In this document: positions 42,997-55,224 of the stretch, piece after piece
Layout: each line of letters begins with the position of its first letter
How positions within the stretch are numbered: the first letter of the stretch is position 1
Assembly: GCA_964016885.1 (NCBI GenBank)
Contig: CAXHJY010001268.1
Coordinates: forward strand, 1-64,000
Length of the DNA: 64,000 bases
Reading direction: 5' to 3'
DNA from: Eledone cirrhosa
Taxonomy: Eukaryota
Position numbers and translations under genes: made by a program
Notes under the pieces: model-generated
What the model was told of the DNA's origin: nothing
Seen by the model: the letters and a program-made list of their open reading frames with translations, nothing else
Databases searched by the model: none

Positions 42997-43134
42997 ATTA
43001 CCACCATGTGGTTGTATCCTGTGATCATATTTCTGAATTAGTGCACTGCCTGCGCTCTCATCTCAGCCTCAGCTGCCAAATGGATCAACATCTGCCTCTC
43101 TTTCTCATTGCTCCCATTCGTAGAATCATTGTTG
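42997..43134 (+). CDS. HTT: Huntingtin coding exon (8th in window)
   Basis: caatag|(D)YHHVVVSCDHISELVHCLRSHL...LPLFLIAPIRRIIV|gtaatg; compare ITAACEMVAEMVESL...VPAFLTPLLRNIII. Alternative in-frame acceptors would start the exon at 42940 or 42877. Confidence 0.9.
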
Positions 43135-43348
43135 GTAATGTATAGCCTCTCTCTTTCTCTCTCTCTCTCTCTCTCTGTATATGTATATATAACAGAATGC
43201 TGGACTGGGGGCTGCCTTCCCACACTAGAACAGTTTTTTACAGACAGTCTCCAAGTCAAATTTTCATTTTTCAATTTCCTATTCTCTTTGCCCTATCTTC
43301 CATGATAAGTATGGGTTCTACATAACCCTGTTGTGTAATTCTGTCAAA

Positions 43349-43423
43349 GTCACCTGATGAGATCGTCTTGGCTAGCATCATAAATGGATGATGGAGCTGG
43401 GCCATTGAAATATGTATAGTGGT
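43349..43423 (+). ncRNA. Degenerate type I hammerhead-like motif
   Basis: GUCAC-CUGAUGA-[46-nt imperfect hairpin]-GAAA-UAUGUA-UA-GUGGU. Confidence 0.5.
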
Positions 43424-44019
43424 TTAATGAAATTAAAATTTACAGCATATCTTCCAGTCCAGGCATTTTAAATACTTTACTCCATCCCTGCACCAACCCT
43501 GGATACCACATCTACGATGGATGACATGCATAATGTTGAGTGCTTTATTAATTCATTGCATCACGATTTGCCTACCAGCAGGTTTCTAATTTGGGGGAAA
43601 GGGAAAGTTGATTAAATCAATCCCAGTGCATTACTGGTACTTTATTTTATCAACCCAGTAAGGATGAAAAGCAAAGTTAACTTCAGTGGGATTTGAACTC
43701 AATCCGTGCTACCAATAATAATAATTATTATCTCTATATATATGCCCCTTTCTTTTTCCTGCCTAACTCTCTGCCTTTTCTTTGTTGTATGCATGTGTGT
43801 GTATATATCATAAATGATAAATTACTTATAATTTTGGCTAATAACCTTAGATTTCAGAGCCAATACCATTTTCTATCTGTACCCATATACTTTATATAAT
43901 AATGTTCATGCCATCATGGAAAATAAGCTGTAAAATAGTGTTTTTTTTTTTTTCATTTAATTATCATTTAAGATTGAGTTTTTATTTATTTCCTATTTAA
44001 AAAAAAAAAAAATTGTCAG

Positions 44020-44196
44020 GTCTTGCACGGCTCCCTTTGTTGAACAGCTATGCCCGAACACCACCCCTCGTCTGGAAGATGGGCTGGATGCCCTCACCAA
44101 GTGGAGAAATGCGAACCAAGTTACCCCCATTACCATTAGACTATCTGCTGGACAAAGAAGTCTTGAAAGAATTTGTCTTCAGAGTGAATTCTTTAG
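44020..44196 (+). CDS. HTT: Huntingtin coding exon (9th in window)
   Basis: gtcag|(G)LARLPLLNSYARTPPLVWKMGWMPSPSG...DKEVLKEFVFRVNSL|gtttgt; highly diagnostic match to [28 protein letters not shown]...EKEVFKEFIYRINTL. Confidence 0.98.
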
Positions 44197-44294
44197 GTTT
44201 GTTTACATATTATTATTACTGTGTTATTCCATTTAGCTCAGTTCTGTTTCTCTATTGCCGGGTTCAGACCTTGAACCTAGGACAATAGATGTTT

Positions 44295-45532
44295 TCATTG
44301 TAGGGAGAGAACTCGTCTGAGAATATGTGCTGTTCCTAGTAGCCCGATCTTCTGTAGCTCATATTTGCTGATCTTGCAGGGAAGGACGCTAAGGTGCAGG
44401 TCTGATGATTTGGGTATTAATCCTAATGCTCCTATTACCACATGGATAGTGTTTGTGGTCATTCTCCACATGCGGTTGATCTCCATTTCCAAGTTTTTGT
44501 ACTTTTGACAGTTTTTCCATTGTTTTTACAGATGTATTCTTGTCAACTGGCACAGAAATATCTATAAGGCTACATGTCCGATCTGTTTTTTTTTTTTATG
44601 ATGATATCTGGTCTGTTGGCAGCGGTTTGCTGGTCACTTATGATAGGCATATCCCACAAGATGGATATGGTGCCCTTTTCCATACTTTTTTTGGTTGATG
44701 TTCATACTATTTGTCAAAAGTTTGGATGTAATGAAAACTGCAGAGCATCCAGTGCACATATTTGGTAATGTGGTTGTGTCTTTCGATATAGTCAGTTTTT
44801 ACCAGCTCTGGACACCCAGAGATAACATGATCTACTGTTTCTTCATATTTGTAGCATAATCTGCATAGAGGGCTAGTCCTATCTTTCACTATTCTGTGTC
44901 TATAGGCCTGAGTGTTTATAGATTGGTCTTGTGCAGCAACTAAGAGTTCCTCAGTCTCTGCTTTCAAACCAACACTTCTGAGCCAGGATAGTGAGCCATG
45001 CTGATCGATATCATTGTCAGAAAGTCATTCTAGGAATCTACCATGTAGTAGTTTTACCAAAATTTGCTTGCCTCTTTTGTTATTGAGTGTAATTTTTTAA
45101 TTCATTCATGCTTGAGTACAGGCTTAAGTTCATCTCGGGTGTGGTGGAGGTAGCTATCCAATCCAGTTGTTGCTGTATATCTCCTTGAGATATACAGCCT
45201 ATGTGCATTGGCTTTAGGGTGGTGCATTTTTTCTGTTGTCAATAGTTTGCTGGTCTTAGTGTCTATCCTTTGTAGTTCTTGCAGGTTTCAGTTTATGATG
45301 TTAAAGATGTATGTTACCACTGGTACTGCTAGACTCTTAATGGCTTTGAACTTGTTGCAGAAGTTTAGCTCAATTTTTGTTACCTGTTTCACTCTCCTTA
45401 TGTACTCCTTCTGTATCTTTTCCTTCATGCTTGCATGCTGGATTCCATCTCCTTCATTAATTCCAAGATATTTGTAGAATTCTTCATTGTTAACTTCCTT
45501 TATAGTGGTTTGTTAGTCTATGACAATATCTT
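44295..45532 (-). mobile_element. Decayed R4/Dong-like non-LTR retrotransposon (CCHC knuckle plus restriction-like endonuclease)
   Basis: ETEELLVAAQDQ...CRLC...ETVDHVISGC...YIERHN, RPDIII, KYKNL...VVIGALG...LLGTAHILRRVL; multiple stops and frameshifts. Confidence 0.88.
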
Positions 45533-47989
45533 TCATCATCATCAGCATCACCGTTTTACATTCGTTCTTCCATGCTAGCATGGGTTAGATGGGTTGTCCT
45601 GTTGTGGGCAGTGTCTGGTCGGCTGACCATGCCTTGTTCATACAGGAACTGATTTTGGCTTGATTTCTACCTAAGACCAACCTCATTTACAGTGAGTGCT
45701 GGGTGCTTTTTTCGTGGTGCCTACACGTCCACTTTACAGTGTGGGCTGGGTGCTTTTTTGCCGTGGCACCTCCACGACCACTTTGCAGTGGGAGGGTGTG
45801 GGGGCATATTGTCTATATGCTTCAGCTTGTACCCATGTACTCCAGCTCGTACCCATACTCTGTATTACTGCGTGACGCCAGAGGTCACGGTCGTGTGTCA
45901 TTGCCTTTGAGAGGTGTAATTGGGTAAGGTCGGCTTTTATCACCTCATCCCAGGTCTTCTTGGGTCTCCCCACTCCGTGGTTTCCATTGACTTCTAGTGC
46001 TCTGCACCTTTTTATGCAGCTGTCATCCTTCATATGCATCACATGTCCATACCAACACAACCGCCTCTCTTGCACACTGCATTTGATTCCTCTTATGCTC
46101 AGTCTCTCTCTCAATTCATTTATGCTTTGCCATTCGCGTATATTACTATTACACATCCATCGGAGCATGCAGGCTTCGTTTCTTTCTAATCTACGTAAGT
46201 CTTCCACCTTCAGCGCCCAGGTCTTGCTACCATGTAACATTGCTGTTCGGATACACGCATCATACAGTCTGCCTTTCATTTTGAGGGAGAAGCCTTTTGC
46301 AGCTAGCAGTAGCAGTAGTTCCCTGAACTTCTTCCATCCCGTTCTTACCCTAGTTATTGTACTTTCTGAACACCCACCTCCGCTGCTAATTCGGTCACCT
46401 AGGTAGCAGAAGCTGTCTACTGTTTCTACAGAGCCCTCCCAGAGATTGGTGGTACTTGTTTCCTGTGGCTGTTTGATGCTTGCTGTCCCAGCACAGCTGC
46501 TACATGTGAAGCCTACATTCTTAATTAAGCTTCCCGAGATCCCACTACATCTCTTGTGTACCCATTGTTTGCATTTGGGGCAGAGAATAGAGTTCCTACC
46601 TACACCTTTCCTACATACTGAGCAAGGCCATTTCCCTGAGGGGATCTGGGTTCTGTTTTCTCGTCTACTTACAAGGACCTTAGTCTTTGTCATGTTGACT
46701 TTGAGACCCTTTCTTTCTAGTCCCTGCTTCCAAGTTTGGAATTTCTTCTCTAGTTCTACCATAGATTCAGCTATAAGTGCGAGGTCATCTGCATACAGGA
46801 GTTCCCATGGGCATCCAGTCTTAAACTCCTCCGTTATTGCCTGCAGGACTATGATGAACAGGAGAGGGCTAAGAACAGAGTCCTGGTGGACACCAACCTG
46901 TACGCTAAATTCCTCGCTATACTCATTGCTAATCCTAACTTTGCTGACTGCTCCCCTATACATGGCTTGTACAGCTTTCACAAGCCATTCATCTACTCCT
47001 AGTTTTCTAAGAGCCCACCAGATTATAGCACATGGAACTCTGTCAAAGTCTTTCTCGAGATCGACAAATGCCAGGTAGAGTGGCTTACTTTTAGCTAGGT
47101 ACTTTTCTTGTAACTGCCTCACAAGGAAGAGGGCATCAGTGGTGCCTCTTCCTGGTACAAACCCAAATTGCATCTCATCTAGTTTCACCCGGTCCCTAAT
47201 CAACTGTGCTATAACTCTTTCTGTTACTTTCATGACCTGGTCCATCAGCTTTATACCTCTATAGTTTCCTCTATCTAGTGCATCACCTTTACCTTTGTAG
47301 CAGTTGACAATGATGCTACTGCACCAATCTTTTGGTATGACACCTTCTAGTATTACCTGGTTAACAATACGTGTGGTTATAGTGTGACCTACAGACCCAG
47401 ATGCCTTCAGCATCTCGGCAGCTATACCCGATCCTTCCCCATCTTTATAACTTTGATTGCCTTACTTACTACGCTGCTGCTGACTTGTACTGCTGGCCCT
47501 TCTATAGGGTCTACTTGGGGTAGGGTCTCTTCTTCCCATGCATTCTCCTCATTTAGTAATCTATCATAATGGCTCGTCCATGCACCTTTCTTCTCAGCAC
47601 TTGTGAGGGCAAGCTCACCTACCTTTATCATTCCGGATACACTTCTCTCCAATGACATCACAATTCTCTCTGACACACTGCCTTGCAATCTTGAACACCT
47701 CCTGTTTCTGGTCCTCACGTTGCAAGACATGCTTGAATTTTCTATCTTCTGCTTCCCTCCTAGCTAAGTATACTTGTCGCTTAGCTTCCCTCTTGGTCTC
47801 TATGTAATGTACCCTGCTTTCCCCATTCTTCCATTCTTTCCATGCCTATCTCTTGACCTTAACTGCCTCATCTACCTTATTGTTCCACCACCAAGTCACT
47901 CTCCTCCTGCTTGTGGTCTTACTCCAGCCACAGATCTCATCCGTCGCCTCTAGTAAGTTATTTTTTAGGAACTCCCAGTGCTCTTCTAC
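45533..47989 (-). mobile_element. 5'-truncated RTE LINE (subfamily B), frameshifted
   Basis: RT peptide 45734..47413 nearly identical to that of 58741..61860; (TGA)n tail at ~45533. Confidence 0.95.
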
Positions 47990-48029
47990 ATATTATTATT
48001 ATTGTTATTATTTGACTATTTATCACTTC

Positions 48030-48435
48030 CAACTTTGATGTTGGTTTGGGCCAGTTCTTTTAGGGAATACCAGACTACAACTAGTATCCCAGGGTAACTC
48101 CAACATTTTCATAGCATTTCTTGTCATTTCAATATTGCTGGTAGTCCAGAACCATTCTCAATATTTGAGCTGTTCCCAGTAGGCATGTCTTCTAGAGAAG
48201 TTCACTCCCTAGTGCAAAGTCAGTCTCTGACAATTCTTAAGGTTCTTTGACACTATACCAAGAGCACCAATCATTGTCTTCACTTTATTACTCTAGGATT
48301 TCAAGATCTCATTTTTAGGAAGGTATAAACCCCTATTTTCTCCTTCTCTTTTCATTCAATTCTGGTGTCAAAAGCACATACTACATCTATGAGGGTAGAG
48401 AGTCTCTCCTTCTTTTCAATTACAACATTATCTTG
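48030..48435 (-). mobile_element. Older R4-like LINE 3' fragment
   Basis: Minus strand encodes a degenerate IGALG...KTCLLGTAQILRMVL segment. Confidence 0.6.
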
Positions 48436-48904
48436 TATGCTCAGTCGCTTAACACCACGGAAATCGGGATAAGCACCGGACAGATGAACTGCTGGGCTCG
48501 AGACAGACTTTAGACTTTTTCTTTAGAGTTGCATTTGCATCACACCAATCAATAAACACTGGTGTAATCAGTATTAAGCACTCCATAATGTAAAAACAAA
48601 GTTTAATATAGAAATGGCTTCTACAGGAAAGCTTTCCTGATGGATTCTTTTGAATGAAACAGTTCTAGTCTCGTAGAAGCCATTTCTATATTATAGTTGT
48701 TTGCACTCTATAGTTGTTTACACTCTACTAATGTATTGAATACCTTACTAACTGTGGCTACCCCCAATTGAACCCTTATATATTTCTTTATTGTACTGTG
48801 TTGTCTGCTTTGTTATTTCTGTTTACTTTTTACACACACACACACACACACACGCACGCGATCTGTTCTGTGTCTCTTCTTGAAATACAATTTCTATGTT
48901 ATAG

Positions 48905-49002
48905 GTTGGATTAGTCGACAACAGTTTGAAGAAACCTGGATGAGTTTGTTGGGTGTAGTCAGTTCTGCACCCTCCATGGAAGAGGAACACCTTTCTCCAG
49001 AG
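48905..49002 (+). CDS. HTT: Huntingtin coding exon (10th in window)
   Basis: tatag|(G)WISRQQFEETWMSLLGVVSSAPSMEEEHLSPE|gtaggc; compare GWTSRTQFEETWATLLGV. Confidence 0.97.
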
Positions 49003-49269
49003 GTAGGCTTTTTTTTTTGTCAAAAATGTCTTTTCTAGAGTCTTGAGAACTGAAAATGTCTCTTCAAGAGTATTATGTAGACCCTTCAAAAGACGCGGCA
49101 ACTTATCTCTGTATTCTATATGACTGTTCATAAGCAGGAAGCAGGATGCAGACCTCCTTGGCCTGTCTGGGATGTCATTAGCTCTGCTTCAATACTGTCT
49201 TGGTCTATGTAGACCTATCCAACCAGGGAAAGCAGATGTTAAATGATGATGATATATATATATCATCAT

Positions 49270-51410
49270 CAAATTTAAAAGCATAGTACTTAATGTTTTT
49301 GACAGTAAGAAAGAGCAATTAGAGACGTACAATATAGAGGAACAGTGGGAATTCTTGAAAGTTAACCTGCTGAAGGCGACAAATGAAATCTGTGGCTGGA
49401 GAAGACTTATAGGTAGGAGGAGAATAACTTGGTGGTGGAACAGTAAGGTGGAGGAGTCAATCAAGGCCAAAAAGCAGGCTTGGAAAGTATGGCAGGATTG
49501 GGGAAGTAGAGAACACTATCAAGTGGCCAGGAGAGAAGCTAGGAGCAAATTGTACTTTGCAAGAAGGGAAGCAGAGGAAAGAAAGTTCAAGCATGTTCTA
49601 CAACGCGGGGACCAAAAACGTGAGGTGTTCAGGATTGCAAGACAATGTGTCAAAGAAAACTGTGATATTGTCGGAGAAGTGTGTCCGTAATGATGATGGT
49701 GTACTTGCCCTCACTGATGCTGATAAGAAGGTAGCTTGGAAGTGTCACTATGAGAGACTACTAAATGTGAGGAGAATAAATGGGAAAAAGATAGTCTGCC
49801 CCAAATCAATCCAATAGAAGGACCAGCGGTGCAAGTTAAAGGTAGTATAATAAGTGAGGCAATCAAAGATATGATGACAGGCAAGGCAGCTGGGCCTTCG
49901 GAGATAGTTGCTGAGATGTTGAAGGCATCTGGAATGGTGGGACATACTATGGTCACCCGTATAGTAAACCAAGTAATACAGAATGGGGTCATACCATAAG
50001 ACTGACGTAGCAGCCTCATCATTAACTGCTACAAGGGTAAAGGAGATGCTCTAGATAGGGGAAACTATAGAGGCCCATGGGAACTCCTATATGCTGATGA
50101 TCTAACTCCGATGGCTGAACTAGAGAAGAAATTCCAAACATGGAAGCATGGCCTAGAATCAAAAGGCCTTAACGTTAACTTGTCTAAGACTAAAGTTCTA
50201 GTATGTAGAAAGGAAAATAGGGCACAGGTGCCCTCTGGGAAATGGCCATGCTCAGTGTGTAGGAAAGGAGTAGGCAGAAATTCCAATTTATGTCCCAAAT
50301 GCAAACTATGGGTACATAAAAGATGTAGTGGGATCACAGATAAACTATCTAAGAACGTAGATGTTATATGTGGCCGATGCTCAGGTGCAATAAGTAGCAG
50401 GTGCCCACAGGATACTAGCTCCTTCTATTGCCCAGATGGTTTCTATAGAAATAGTGGACACCTTCCGTTACCTGGGTGACAAAATCAGCAGTGGTGGAGG
50501 GTGTTCTGAAAGTACAGTAGCCAGAATCAGAACGGGATGGAAAAAGTTCAGAGAGCTTATGCCGTTGTTGGCCACAAAAGGTTTCTCTTTAAAAATGAAA
50601 GGCAGATTGTATGAGGCCTGCATACAAACAGCAATGTTACATGGTAGTGAGACATGGGTATTGTGTGCAGAGGACCTGCGTAGACTGGAGAGGAATGAAG
50701 CATGCATGCTCCGTTGGATGTGTAATAGTAATATACGCGAACGGCAAAGCATAAATGAACTAAGTGAGAAATTAAGAATGAGAGGGATCAGATGCTGTTT
50801 ACTCGAGAGATGACTACGTTGGTATGGTCACGTGATGCGCATGAAAGACGACAGCTGTATAAAAAAGTGCAGGGCGATCAAAATTGATGGAAGTTATGGA
50901 GTAGGTAGACCCAGAAAAACCTGGGACGATTTGATAAATTCCGACCTTACACACTTACACCTCTCCATGACAATGTTACTGGACCGAGATCTTTGGCGCT
51001 ACGCAGTAATACAGAAGACTTGCCTTGCCTATGTACAAGGCGAAACCTACAGTCAGTAGGCACCTCTTAACCAAATATACACCCCCATCCCACTGCCTCT
51101 ACTCCACCCCCCACAACACCACCCTTTCTCTGTAAAGTTATGTTGGTACCACAACATCCAGTTCAAACTAAATGAGGTCGTGTAGGTGTCATGACCAAAA
51201 AACACACAGTCCAGTCCACGCTGTAATGTGGCCGTGTAGGTGAAAACCTCCCAGTCCACACTGTAAACATGGTTAGTGTTAGGAAGAGCATCCAGCCGTA
51301 GAAAACCTGCCAGACAGTCCTATACGAGCGAGACACGGTCACCTGACCAATCTTGCCTCAAGTGGGACAATTTCCATCAAACCCATGCTAGCATCAAAGA
51401 TAGACATATA
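49270..51410 (+). mobile_element. 5'-truncated, internally deleted RTE LINE (subfamily A)
   Basis: Homologous to ~23495-26090; a deletion fuses NYRG to PWELLYADD at ~50074; several frameshifts and stops. Confidence 0.93.
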
Positions 51411-51614
51411 TATTCATTTCATTTCATTTCATCATCATTTCATTTTACGTCCGCTTTTCCCTGCTTGCAAGGGTGGGACGGGAACTGATTCTGGCTTGAT
51501 TTCTACAGCTGGATGCCCTTCCTAACACCAACCTCATTTACAGTGAGTGCTGGGTGCTTTTTTGCCGTGGCACCTCCACGACCACTTTGCAGTGGAATGA
51601 TATGGACCCCAGTC

Positions 51615-51760
51615 CCTATCATCTCATTTCTACAGCTGAGTAAACTGGAGCAATGTGAAATAAAGTGTCTTGCTCAAGGAAACAACACATCACCCGGTCT
51701 GAGAATTGAACTCACAACCTTTCGATTGCAAGGCCAATGCTCTAACCACTAAGCCATGTG
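51615..51760 (-). mobile_element. tRNA-derived CORE-like SINE fragment
   Basis: Minus strand TGGCTTAGTGG (A box), GAGTTCAATTC (B box), then CCTTGAGCAAGACACTTTATTTCAC core. Confidence 0.75.
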
Positions 51761-51884
51761 CATATATATATCATCGACTATTACTACTACTACTACTACT
51801 ATAACCACTACAACTATTACATTACTGCCACTACTACTACTATTACTACAACCACTCATATTATTATTATTATTGTTATTATAG

Positions 51885-52092
51885 GAGTGATGGGTTGGCA
51901 GTATCAGCAGACGTCTGACATATTTTACAGGATGTAATTATGGCTTTTTACATTCTGAGTTCAAATCCCACCGAGGGCAGCTTTGCTTTTCATCCTTACG
52001 GGAGTCGATAAAATAAAGTACCAGTAATGCACTGGGGTTGATTTAATCAACTTTCCCTGTTTCCAAAATTGTTGGCCTTGTGCCTAAATCAG
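51885..52092 (+). mobile_element. Deu/Nin-like SINE
   Basis: Same family motifs as 16639-16825. Confidence 0.8.
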
Positions 52093-52169
52093 ATGTCGAT
52101 GGGGTGCAGCCAAAACACTGATCTGACCTAGGTATAAAATTAGATATAAATTATACAATTTATGCCTAT

Positions 52170-52585
52170 CATCATTGTTTAATGATCATTTTCCACGCTA
52201 GCATGGGTTAGACGGGTTGTCCCATTAGAGGCAAGTTGGGTCAGGTGACTGTGTCTTGTTCATATAGAACTGTTTCTGGCTAGGTCTCTAGGGCTGGATG
52301 CTCTTCCTACCACCAACCACATTTGCAGTGTGTGCTGATCGTTTTTTGTCATGACATCTACATGAGCACTTTACAATATCTACTGGGCTCTTTTTGTCGT
52401 GACACCTACACGACCACTTTACGAAGTGTACTGAGTGCTTTTTGTCATGGCGCCTACACGACCACTTTACAAAGTGTACTGGGTACTTTTTGTCATGGCA
52501 CCTACACGACCACTTTACAAAGTGTACTGGGTGTTTTTGTCATGACACCCACACGACTACTTTACAGTGTGGGTTGGGTGCTTTT
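52170..52585 (-). mobile_element. RTE-3'-UTR-related element with expanded 48-bp minisatellite
   Basis: RTE-like tail plus ~5.5 copies of a 48-bp unit (52321-52585). Confidence 0.75.
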
Positions 52586-52835
52586 TTTTTTATGCATTCA
52601 CTACATACAAGGTGTACCAAAAAGTGTATATTTCAAAAAACTATTTTTTAAACAAATGACCATATAGTCATGCAGTATCTTGTACAATACATGTATAAAT
52701 ATAAATTTTTTTTTTTTTTTTATAACTTTTATAAATGTTTATAAAGTTATTTATATGTTGAGAATTTGTAAAAATTATAAATAAAATCCAATAATTCTTT
52801 TTTTATTACGCCTGTATTTACTCTTATAATTTCAG

Positions 52836-52990
52836 GAAGAGATGGAAAGATCCCAAGCAATGGTTTTGGCAGTGAAAGCTATAACGTCTCTATTAGTGCA
52901 ATCTATGTTAACACCTTCTCCTGGAAATCCCTCAAACAGTCGCTATGAAATGGCCCCGCGAGATAAACCCTTAGCATTTCTCCATACAAA
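52836..52990 (+). CDS. HTT: Huntingtin coding exon (11th in window)
   Basis: tttcag|EEMERSQAMVLAVKAITSLLVQSMLTPSPGNPSNSRYEMAPRDKPLAFLHT(K)|gtaact; compare [32 protein letters not shown]...PRNKPLKALDT. Confidence 0.97.
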
Positions 52991-53601
52991 GTAACTCCTA
53001 AATTCTTAGAATCATTTTTATTTTATTTGTAAATGCTTTTTACTTGAGTTAATTTTTTAAACTTTTATGTATATGTTGTTTTTATGTAGTTTATTAAAAA
53101 AAAATTTTTTTTTCATTATTCTAACTAGCAGGTTTTTCTGCTAGCATGTATAGTGTGTATATTGATATTATACGCAAGTATATATACATATAGATATGAT
53201 GCATCAAATAAAATTGTAATTGACAATATATTATACATAGAAATTGAACGAAGACTGCGTTACACTGTCTTATTTAATCAGTAATGTAATCCATGATACA
53301 TTTAAAAAGACGATATTATATACAAACTGCATTAGGAGAAAATTAGTATGTTTATTTAAGCGATGGCTAACCGGAAGTGATGACATTTCAGAAATTTTAA
53401 AGAAGTGAATCTTTAAATAAACAAAATATATTTAATCAACAGCCATGAAATTTAGTAGATAAATTATGTAATATTCATTCATTATTTATTCAAAGTAATC
53501 CAACTTATTTTACTAATGGGATAAAAAATTATAAACCGTATGCAGTCCCGCACTCCTTACTTTATTATAGTTTAGATTAACCTAATTCATTACTATAATT
53601 A

Positions 53602-54008
53602 GTGGAGGCACTTGGCCTAATAGTAGGGACATTGAACTTATGTTCACAATGTTGTGGGTTCGATTCCTGGACTGGGTTGTGTGTTGTGTTCTTGAATAAA
53701 ACACTTCATTTCATGTTGCCTCCATATACTCAGCTGAATATGAGTATCAACAATAGCTGGGTGTTTAACCCTGTGATGGACTGGTGTCCTGTCTAGTTGG
53801 GTGGCAGTCGTGTACTCTGTCACTTAATGCCATGGAAACCAGGTTAAACACTGGCCTGATGAGCCTCCGTGCTCGAGACAGATTTTAATACTGTGATGGA
53901 CTGGCATCCTGTCCAGGAGGGAGTCTTATACTGTCAGAAGCTTAATGCCATGGAAACAGGGATAAGCATCGGCCTGAAGAGCGTCCGGGCTTGAGACAGA
54001 CTTTAGAT
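53602..54008 (+). mobile_element. tRNA-derived CORE-like SINE with tandemly duplicated 3' tail
   Basis: A/B boxes (TGGCCTAATAG, GGTTCGATTCC) and core; tail CTGTGATGGACTGG...CTCGAGACAGA occurs twice (53771-53882, 53891-54000). Confidence 0.75.
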
Positions 54009-55224
54009 TACTATAATTATCTTAATTAAATGACTGTTCTTTAATTTATTAATTGATTGGGGTATTGGAATGTGACTCCCCCTCTCTTTGTCACACTACT
54101 TTCTTCTATGTGATTGCTTGATCAGCTAGAAACAGCAGGTGGATCTTCATAAAAACCACATCTGAACATCTTAAAAAGAAAAAGGAATGACACATTAAGT
54201 ATTCTTCTTCTTTTCCCACTTATTCCTGAGAGGGTTGTTGGGGCAGAGTCCTCAAACACCCCTGTCAGAAGCAATCGCCTCCAACTGATTCAACTGGATC
54301 CCCAAGCGAGACCAGCCAATCTCATGGGTTTTATCCAACCATCTTGCTCAGGGTCTACTCCTGGGTCTCCTGCTAGTTGGTTTTGCCCATAAAATCTGTC
54401 CAGTGATTCTTTCCCGAAGTAGCGGTTCTACCTGGAGTGACTCTCAGATCTCCGAGCTATGCACTCTATCAAGTAACGTTACTCCAAAGACTTATAAATA
54501 TATTGTGCCTGAAAATGAGATGAGATGCGGTGTTCCTGGATGGAATGCCTTTGACTTTAATCCACTGGTCTATTCAATAAAATCAGACCTGGGGTTGAAC
54601 AATAAAGCTCAGTTCTTGATGGCGCCCTCTATGTGGTTGTTCGATTTGCTAGTAATAGTAGCTAAATTTTCTGTTTGAAAATAAAGTAGCAATCTGGGAT
54701 TGTGGACTGGTGGAATCATTAGTGTCCAATAAGATAGGTGCCTTGTGGTGTTTGTTTCTACCTACTGAGGGCCTTCTTGGATGGTAGACTTAATCTGTTT
54801 AGTTTAGTTTAACATTACCATGTAACCCTTGGCTGCTGTTAACAGGATCCAGTCTCTTTCAAGTATTGTTGTCATTGCTGTTGATGTGGCTGTTGTTGTT
54901 GTTGCTCTTATCGTTGTTGCTATGCTTGTTGGTGTTGTTGTTATCATTGGTGAATCACTGTAGTCATTGTTATTGTTGTCATTGTCACTATTTTGTTGTT
55001 GTTGTTACTGCTGTTGTAGTTTTTTCTTCTACATTCTTCACATTATTGTGACCATATTTCTCATGGAATACACTTTGTTTATATTTATTCAGTCTTGTAC
55101 ACAATCAAGAATCGATTGCTTTTAGTAAAATAACTGATTTTTCCCATATATTAATCTGTTGTTTTGAACATAGCCTAACACTAGGTTCCTGCATGAAATT
55201 ATGATAAAAAAACTTTACATTTTA

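Noticed and set aside
51690-51760. tRNA-like sequences (also 53602-53672 and the heads of the Deu/Nin-like SINEs)
   Set aside because: A/B boxes run straight into SINE core domains and do not form complete cloverleaves; SINE heads, not tRNA genes.
53856-53880. CTGATGAGCC...GCTCGAGAC as a hammerhead
   Set aside because: GAGAC replaces GAAAC and the segment is the ordinary tail of the CORE-like SINE.
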